Positions 26,173-32,000 of a DNA stretch of 32,000 nucleotides are shown here, piece after piece. Below the pieces are notes generated by a model. The model saw only the letters and a program-made list of their open reading frames with translations, was not told the origin of the DNA and did not search any database. The stretch comes from Alkalilimnicola ehrlichii MLHE-1 (GTDB taxonomy: Bacteria > Pseudomonadota > Gammaproteobacteria > Nitrococcales > Halorhodospiraceae): positions 2,700,001-2,732,000 of the forward strand of contig NC_008340.1 in assembly GCF_000014785.1 (NCBI RefSeq). The letters run 5' to 3'. Position 1 is the stretch's first letter; every line of letters begins with the position of its first letter. A program made the translations under genes and the position numbers.

Positions 26173-26190
26173 CAATTACAATTGGAATTG
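26173..26190. promoter_or_regulatory. AT-rich near-palindrome in the divergent gspE / lipoprotein intergenic region (candidate operator)
   Basis: CAATTA-CAATTG-GAATTG; outer arms match 5/6; embedded in GC-rich surroundings. Confidence 0.3.
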
Positions 26191-26254
26191 CGACATTGTT
26201 TAATGTTCGCGCGGACATTTCCCATCACGCGGCTATTGAGCCAGGGGTACCAAG

Positions 26255-28150
26255 ATGAAACTAATACGTTCGTATTGGGCCGCATCATTTCATCCCCATT
26301 CACGTCCTTCGTTACCGTTTTTTTCATTGCTGACTTTCGTCATTCTGGGGCTGGCCCTGGCCGGGTGCAGCAGCTCCAGCTCATCCGGTGACCCATCGGA
26401 TGAGGAGGATAACGGCTTTTCCGTCAGTGTGAACGTCCGCGGGTTGGACTTGGCCATTGATCCCGGGACACCGCTGATACTGAACGACCAGGCCGAGGAG
26501 GCGCTGACCATTGAGGCGGATGGCAGCTATGCATTCTCCGCCGAGCTGGCGTCCGGCGACAGCTATGGGGTCGAGGTGACGCAGCAGCCCAACGAACCGC
26601 GGCAATTCTGCTTCATCGAGCGTCAGCAGGCCGTCTCCGGCGAGATCACCGGCGATGTGACCCTCAACGTGGACTGCGGCCTGGCCTACCACGGGCTGTT
26701 CCCCGGCTGGGGGGTGGGCGCGACTCCGGACGACGGCTCGCTGCGGCCCCTGCAGATCGCCCCCGCCACGCTGGTGGCCCTGCGGGTCGACGGCCAGGAC
26801 GAGATTGCCGTTGTCGATCCCTGCCAGGTGGAGACCCGTGGTGAGGTGACCCACGCGGACGGTACCTACGACCTGTCAGTGACCGCGGCCACCGCCTGTG
26901 ACCCCACCCTGTTCCTGAACACCACCATGACGGAGGAGGCGTTCACGGCGCAGATCCCGGAGGGCATCGACGAGTTGCCCGACGAGCTCGAGCTGAGCCG
27001 TTTCGCCGGCCCCGACCGCGGCCTGCCCACCGCGGCGCTGGGGCATGCGGTGGCGGATGCCGAGGCGCAGGATCTGCTCCAGCACAACCGCTGGCTGCTC
27101 GCCGGCCTCACCGCCCGCCAGGCGGACGCCATGGCCGCCGAGGAGCTGCACGGCACGTGGGGCCTGGTGGCGCTCACCATGGAGCTGAACGACGAGGCTG
27201 AGCCCCAGTGGGTCCGCCACAGCAGCCTCAGTGTGCCGGCGATCATCGGCAACGACGGCAACGGAGATCTGCTCCTGAACGCGGACGGCTGGCAGACGCT
27301 GACCGCCGCCGTGCAGGCCATTCAGGACGACCCGCCGCCTCCGCCGATCACCCAGGGCTTCACCCAGGGGGCACCCGGCGATGGCTTCAGCGACGTTCCG
27401 TTGACCCTGAGCGCAGATGGCCGCTTGCAGGCCGGGGACAGCCACGGTTTCGTCTCCGCCGATGGCGACTTCTTCGTGCTGATCCATTCCGAACCCACCC
27501 CGGAACAGGTCCGGGCGGACGAGGAGAACGGGCTGGGTGAGGGCCAGGGCGCCCACCAGGTGCTGCTGGGCGTGCGGCGCGACGAGAACCTGGTCTCGCT
27601 GGACGGGCGGACTTACGCCCTGTTCGGCCCCTCCTGGTTCCTGGGCACGGAGGAGGACGGTGACTCGCTGCAGGGCGTGGCCGAGTTCGAACTGGCGCCC
27701 TTCCTGGAGGGCACGGCACTGAGCTTCTCCGAGGGCGAGGTGACGCTGACCCTGGAGGAGGAGCAATGGATCGCGCCCTTCGGCGGCGGTGCCCTGGACA
27801 TCGACAGCGACTCCGACTCACTCGCGGGACTGCCCTATACCATTGGTGACAATGAAGGCGACAAGCCGCAACTGATCGAGATCGACCTGGGCGATGGCTT
27901 CGGGCCCGATCGTGACAACTACCTCACCGGCTACGCCCACGGCAAGCTGCTGGTACTCGCCCTGGGCGTCCGCGACGGCACCCAGGAGGAGGAGGCGGCG
28001 AGTCTCAGTGCCGAGATCAACCTGCTCGGCCTCATCACCCTGAGTGCCGACGCCACGGTGAACGGCGACGATGACGCCATTCCGGCGGAGGACGTGAGTG
28101 TGGGCACGCTGATCGGCATCTGCGTGCAGGGCTGCAACAACGAGTTCTGA
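26255..28150 (+). CDS. Large uncharacterised secreted lipoprotein
   Basis: 631 aa. Signal peptide ending in lipobox LALAGC followed by SSSSSSGDPSDEED. Very acidic, no recognised domain. Followed by a clear terminator. Confidence 0.82.
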   Translation: MKLIRSYWAASFHPHSRPSLPFFSLLTFVILGLALAGCSSSSSSGDPSDEEDNGFSVSVNVRGLDLAIDPGTPLILNDQAEEALTIEADGSYAFSAELASGDSYGVEVTQQPNEPRQFCFIERQQAVSGEITGDVTLNVDCGLAYHGLFPGWGVGATPDDGSLRPLQIAPATLVALRVDGQDEIAVVDPCQVETRGEVTHADGTYDLSVTAATACDPTLFLNTTMTEEAFTAQIPEGIDELPDELELSRFAGPDRGLPTAALGHAVADAEAQDLLQHNRWLLAGLTARQADAMAAEELHGTWGLVALTMELNDEAEPQWVRHSSLSVPAIIGNDGNGDLLLNADGWQTLTAAVQAIQDDPPPPPITQGFTQGAPGDGFSDVPLTLSADGRLQAGDSHGFVSADGDFFVLIHSEPTPEQVRADEENGLGEGQGAHQVLLGVRRDENLVSLDGRTYALFGPSWFLGTEEDGDSLQGVAEFELAPFLEGTALSFSEGEVTLTLEEEQWIAPFGGGALDIDSDSDSLAGLPYTIGDNEGDKPQLIEIDLGDGFGPDRDNYLTGYAHGKLLVLALGVRDGTQEEEAASLSAEINLLGLITLSADATVNGDDDAIPAEDVSVGTLIGICVQGCNNEF

Positions 28151-28175
28151 CGTTGCCGCGGTGCCACCCAGGGCT

Positions 28176-28209
28176 CGGCCGGCGTCTCAGGGCGCCGGCC
28201 GTTTTTTTT
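28176..28209 (+). terminator. Rho-independent terminator downstream of the lipoprotein gene
   Basis: CGGCCGGCG-TCTCAGGG-CGCCGGCCG followed by TTTTTTTT. Confidence 0.93.
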
Positions 28210-28253
28210 GACGGAGCGCGGTGAGCCGGTACGGCCGCCGGCCCACCGCCGGT

Positions 28254-30275
28254 TCAGTCCAGAAAACCCTGGCGCGAGGGGGGCGGCAGGGCGCCCCGCG
28301 AACGGCCGGTGGGGCCGGTGCTTTCCGGCCGGTCGTCGTAGGCGGGCGGCAACGACATGAACTGCTCCGATTCGGCCAGCACCGGCGCGGCATCATCGGG
28401 CATCAGCGGCACGCCCTCGTCGCGAAAGCGCTGCTGCATGGCGCGCATGCGGTTGTAGGGCTCGGCGGTCGCGCGCTCCTGCGCGGCGGTATCGCGGATG
28501 ATCACCGGGCGCAGGAAGACCATCAGATTGCGCTTCTCAACCTGGCTGCGGTCGTAGCGGAACAACCGCCCCAGACCCGGCAGGTTGCCCAACAGCGGTA
28601 CCGCTTGGCTGCGGGTGCGTAGCTGGTCGTCGATCAGCCCGCCCAGGACCACCATCTGCCCGTTCTCCACCATCACGCTGGTCCGCACGCTGCGCAAGTC
28701 GGTGACCAGGTCCGCCGCCCCCTGAATGCCGCCGCTGACGCTGGAGACCTCCTGTTCGATCTCCAGCTTCAGGGTGTCGCCCTCGTTGATCTGCGGCCGG
28801 ATGCGCAGTTGCACGCCCACGTCCTGACGCTGGATGCTGCTGAAGGCCTGGCCGGAGTCCTCAATGGCCCGGCCGGTGATGAAGGGGACATTCTGGCCGA
28901 CGACGATCTCGGCCTCCTCGTTGTCCATGGTCATCAGCGAGGGGGTGGAGAGGATGTTGCTGGCGCTGTCACCGGACAGGGCGCGGATCAGCGCCGCCAC
29001 CTGGGTCGAGCCCCGCAGGTCGCCGACGCCGATGGCGGCGCCGTCGCCGACCTGCGGCAGGTCGGCGGTGCTGCCGTCGGAAATGGCCCCGGCAGCCCGG
29101 ATGACGTCGGCGATACCGCCACCGGCGCCGGCGGCCCCTCCGAAGTTGATCAGCCCGACGCCGCGGTCCTCGGACAGCACCCCCCATTGCACCCCCAGCT
29201 CTTCCACCCGGTCCTGGGAGACCTCGGCGATCACCGCCTCCACCAGCACCTGGGCGCGACGGATATCGAGCCGGTTCAGCACCGAGCGCAGCGAGCGCAG
29301 CACGTCCGCCGGCCCGTTCATGACCAGGGCGTTGGTGCTGGAATGGGCGCGGATGTCCAGCCCCTGGCCACCGGCGTCGTTGCCCCCCCGACTCTCCAAC
29401 AGGCTGGTGCCGATGCCCTCCAGTACCGGCACCAGCTCCTCGGCATCGGCAAAGCGAAGATAGACCACCTGTGCCGTGCCCTCGGCGGCCACCTCACTGT
29501 CAATCTGGCCGATCAGGGCGCGCACCAGCAGGCGGCGCTGGCGGTCGCCGGCGATCATCACACTGTTGGCCCGCTCATCGGCCACCACCCGCAGGCGGCG
29601 CCCCTCGCGCTCCTCGTCCTCCAGCTCGCGTACCATGCGCACCACTTCGCTGGCGGCGGCGTGCTCGAGCTGGATAACCTCGATCTCGCCCTCGGTGTCC
29701 CGGTCCACCCGGCCGATCAACACCTCGAGCCGGTCCACGTTGGCGGCGGTGTCGGAGATGATGAGACTGTTGGCCGGGCTGTAGGCGGCCAGGTGGCCGT
29801 CCTGGGGCACCAGCGGGCGCAGCACCGGCACCAGCTCCGCGGCGTTGACGTGGTCCACCCGGATGACCCGGGTGACCGCCTGGTCCCCCAGGCTTCGGGT
29901 GGTATCACCATCACTGGGGATACGGTCCTGGCGGGCCTGGGCACGGGGGATGATGCGCACCGCCTCGGGGGTGGGCACGGCGGCAAAGCCGTGGATCTTG
30001 AGCGCCGAGAGGAAGACCTGATAGAGGCCGTCAGCGTCCACCGGGGTCTGCGAGACGATGGTGACATCGCCCCGCACCCGCGGGTCGACGATGAAGTTGA
30101 CCCCGGTCTCCTGGGAGACCAGTGCCACCACCTCGCGCAGGTCCGCATCCTGGAAGTTGAGGGTGATCCCCTCGTCCTCTTCGGCCAGTACCGGCCCGCA
30201 GAGCAGCAGCCCCACCAGCAGCACGCCGGCCCCGCAGCCGAGCCAGCGCCGCGCCCCCGCTATCAGCTGAATCAT
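28254..30275 (-). CDS. gspD: Type II secretion system secretin D
   Basis: 673 aa. ITLNFQDADLREVVALVSQETGVNFIVDPRVRGDVTIVS; N-domains; VGQNVPFITGRAIEDSGQAFSSIQRQDVGVQLRIRPQINEGDTLKLEIEQEVSSVS; VLGGLIDDQLRTRSQAVPLLGNLPGLGRLFRYD. Confidence 0.97.
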   Translation of the reverse strand: MIQLIAGARRWLGCGAGVLLVGLLLCGPVLAEEDEGITLNFQDADLREVVALVSQETGVNFIVDPRVRGDVTIVSQTPVDADGLYQVFLSALKIHGFAAVPTPEAVRIIPRAQARQDRIPSDGDTTRSLGDQAVTRVIRVDHVNAAELVPVLRPLVPQDGHLAAYSPANSLIISDTAANVDRLEVLIGRVDRDTEGEIEVIQLEHAAASEVVRMVRELEDEEREGRRLRVVADERANSVMIAGDRQRRLLVRALIGQIDSEVAAEGTAQVVYLRFADAEELVPVLEGIGTSLLESRGGNDAGGQGLDIRAHSSTNALVMNGPADVLRSLRSVLNRLDIRRAQVLVEAVIAEVSQDRVEELGVQWGVLSEDRGVGLINFGGAAGAGGGIADVIRAAGAISDGSTADLPQVGDGAAIGVGDLRGSTQVAALIRALSGDSASNILSTPSLMTMDNEEAEIVVGQNVPFITGRAIEDSGQAFSSIQRQDVGVQLRIRPQINEGDTLKLEIEQEVSSVSGGIQGAADLVTDLRSVRTSVMVENGQMVVLGGLIDDQLRTRSQAVPLLGNLPGLGRLFRYDRSQVEKRNLMVFLRPVIIRDTAAQERATAEPYNRMRAMQQRFRDEGVPLMPDDAAPVLAESEQFMSLPPAYDDRPESTGPTGRSRGALPPPSRQGFLD

Positions 30276-31264
30276 TGCAGCTCCACTATCACGGTTTCCA
30301 TCCGCCCGTCCCGGCGGACATCCAGGGTTATCCGGTCGGCGGTCGCCAGGCTGCCCATGAGTTCCCCCATCCGCGCCGGGTTATCCAGACCCACGCCGTT
30401 GACCGCCGTCACCACGTCATCATCCCGCAGTCCGGCCTGACGGAACAGCGCCTGGTGCTGGACGGGCTGCAGCCGGTAGCCCTGCAGTCGTCCGCCCTCC
30501 ATCACCGGCCGGACGTTGACGATATCCCACAGCCGTTCCGGGTTGCGCGTGAGTTCACCGCGCAGGTCGGACAGGGCCTCGCGGTCCACATCGCCCCGCG
30601 CGGCCGCCGGGAGCACCCGGGCGGCATCCGACCCACGCCCGGCCTGGGTCCCGGGCACATCGAAGTCGGCGCTCGCGAGCAGTTCGGCCACTTTCCGGGG
30701 CAGGCGCAGCAGCTCGTGGCGGCCGTCACGGCGCAGCACCACCCGGTCGGTGTGGACCTGGACCAGGGTGGCGCCACCCGGCACCTCGTCCGATACCCGG
30801 AAGACCTCAGTGCGGCCCCGGCTGGCGATCAGCGCCGCGCCCTGGCCCTGGCCGCCACGGGCCAGCACCCCTTTCAGCTCCAGGTTGAGCCGGGTCTCCG
30901 GGAGTTCCTCGGTGGCCAGGACGGCGTCCAGCTCGTCGTCGTCCTCGGCCTGCCCCAACAGGTGCAGGCGGGCCACCGCCGCCAGGCGCGTCTCGCCGGC
31001 ATCGGCCTCATCGCCGCCAGGCGCGGCAGGCTCCTCCGGCCCGGACCACGCCGCGGCAGGCACCTCCTGGGCCGGGCCGTAACCGAGCAGCCACCAGGTC
31101 AGGCGGGCACCCCCCTGCGCCAGCAGAATCACCAGCAGCACCGCCAGCAGCCAGCGCAGCCAGTGCCCGCCACGCCCGGTCAGCAGGCCGCCGGCAAAGG
31201 CGCCCAACCGCTCGACCCCGGCAATACCCAGCCCTCTGTATCCTGATTCGGCCGCCATGATCAC
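30272..31264 (-). CDS. gspC: Type II secretion system protein C (PDZ-like C-terminus)
   Basis: N-terminal TM (LRWLLAVLLVILLAQGGARLTWWLL), HR domain (ETRLNLELKGVLA...AALIASRGRTEVFRVSDEVPGGATLVQVHTDRVVLRRDGRHELLRLP), C-terminal PDZ-like GYRLQPVQHQALFRQAGLRDDDVVTAVNGVGLDNPARMGELM. Overlaps gspD by 4 bp. Confidence 0.93.
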   Translation of the reverse strand: MIMAAESGYRGLGIAGVERLGAFAGGLLTGRGGHWLRWLLAVLLVILLAQGGARLTWWLLGYGPAQEVPAAAWSGPEEPAAPGGDEADAGETRLAAVARLHLLGQAEDDDELDAVLATEELPETRLNLELKGVLARGGQGQGAALIASRGRTEVFRVSDEVPGGATLVQVHTDRVVLRRDGRHELLRLPRKVAELLASADFDVPGTQAGRGSDAARVLPAAARGDVDREALSDLRGELTRNPERLWDIVNVRPVMEGGRLQGYRLQPVQHQALFRQAGLRDDDVVTAVNGVGLDNPARMGELMGSLATADRITLDVRRDGRMETVIVELQ

Positions 31265-31395
31265 CTCGGTGAATGAGTCCGCAGCATACCGGATGACCGG
31301 CAGGCCTTGAAGGGACCTGACACGCGTCGCATCGGGGCCATGAACATGCTGTAATAGGCGGCGTTCATCCTGGGCGACTCTCGGAGTGTTTCACG

Positions 31396-32000
31396 ATGCT
31401 GTGGCGTACCTCCCCGGTACTGGTTCTCCTGTTACTGGTGCTTTCCGGCTGTGCCACCACTTCAGGGCCGGACGACCGCCGCGCCGGTACCGCGGCGGAG
31501 CAGTACCGTGCGGGGGTGGCGGCACTGGACGAGGACGACCGGGCGGCCGCGCGCGAGCGCTTCGAGGCGCTGATCGAACGCCACGCCACCAGCCGCCACG
31601 CCGGCCAGGCCCGGGCGGAACTGGCCTGGCTGCATTACCGCGCCGGCGAGTTGGACGCCGCCCGGGAGCAGGCCTCCCGCATGGCGGAGACCCACCCGGA
31701 CCACCCCAGTCTGCCCTACGCGCTGTATGTCGCGGCCATGGCCGCGGAGCAACAGTGGGAGGACAGCCTGGCACGGGGTGAGCCGGATCAGCGGCTGGCC
31801 CGCCGCGCCTTTGCCGATTACCGGGCCGTGGTGGACCTGGATGCGGAGGACCGCCACGCCGGTCTGGCCCTGGAGGCGATGAGCGCACTGCGCGAGGCCA
31901 TCGCCCGCCACGAGCTGGACCTGGCCCGGACCCGGCTGGAGGATGGGGCGGCAGACGAGGCGCTGGACCGCGCCCGCTACGTGGGTGAGCACTACCCCCG
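31396..32000 (+). CDS. TPR-type outer membrane lipoprotein (possibly BamD-like), 5' part only
   Basis: Starts MLWRTSPVLVLLLLVLSGCATTSGPDD (lipobox LSGC), followed by helical-repeat sequence YRAGVAALDEDDRAAARERFEALIERHATSRHAGQARAELAWLHYRAGELDAAREQASRMAETHPDHP. Runs off the right edge. Confidence 0.7.
   Translation, partial: MLWRTSPVLVLLLLVLSGCATTSGPDDRRAGTAAEQYRAGVAALDEDDRAAARERFEALIERHATSRHAGQARAELAWLHYRAGELDAAREQASRMAETHPDHPSLPYALYVAAMAAEQQWEDSLARGEPDQRLARRAFADYRAVVDLDAEDRHAGLALEAMSALREAIARHELDLARTRLEDGAADEALDRARYVGEHYP

Overview
This is a GC-rich window, probably from a halophilic or alkaliphilic gammaproteobacterium; the secreted proteins are very acidic. Left part (1-6.5 kb): acetate/PHA metabolism genes on the minus strand (5' end of ackA, a bifunctional enoyl-CoA hydratase/phosphate acetyltransferase, fabI, phaC), then a MscS-type channel, with two clusters of GC-rich palindromic repeats (127-bp and 99-bp tandem periods). 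The remainder (6.5-31.3 kb) is an extended type II secretion (T2SS) island. It contains gspF-G-H-I-J, an in-operon S8 serine protease with a Cys-Phe-Ile (CFI-box-like) C-terminus, gspK-L-M-N and an unknown coupled ORF, plus gspE, gspD and gspC, all on the minus strand. Embedded in the island is a small plus-strand CPBP-type (glutamic) intramembrane protease gene. It lies tail-to-tail with a gene for a CLCA-like metalloprotease/VWA protein, and a beta-propeller gene follows. Both of these proteins end in nearly the same tail (TRRGSACSV-x-G...GPADPTLPLLA-x-LALLG...GRRR). This is the architecture of a C-terminal sorting/anchoring system (JDVT-CTERM / MrtJ-like) physically clustered with its T2SS translocon and substrates, and is the main point of interest. 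All calls are from reading sequence and motifs; no database search was run.
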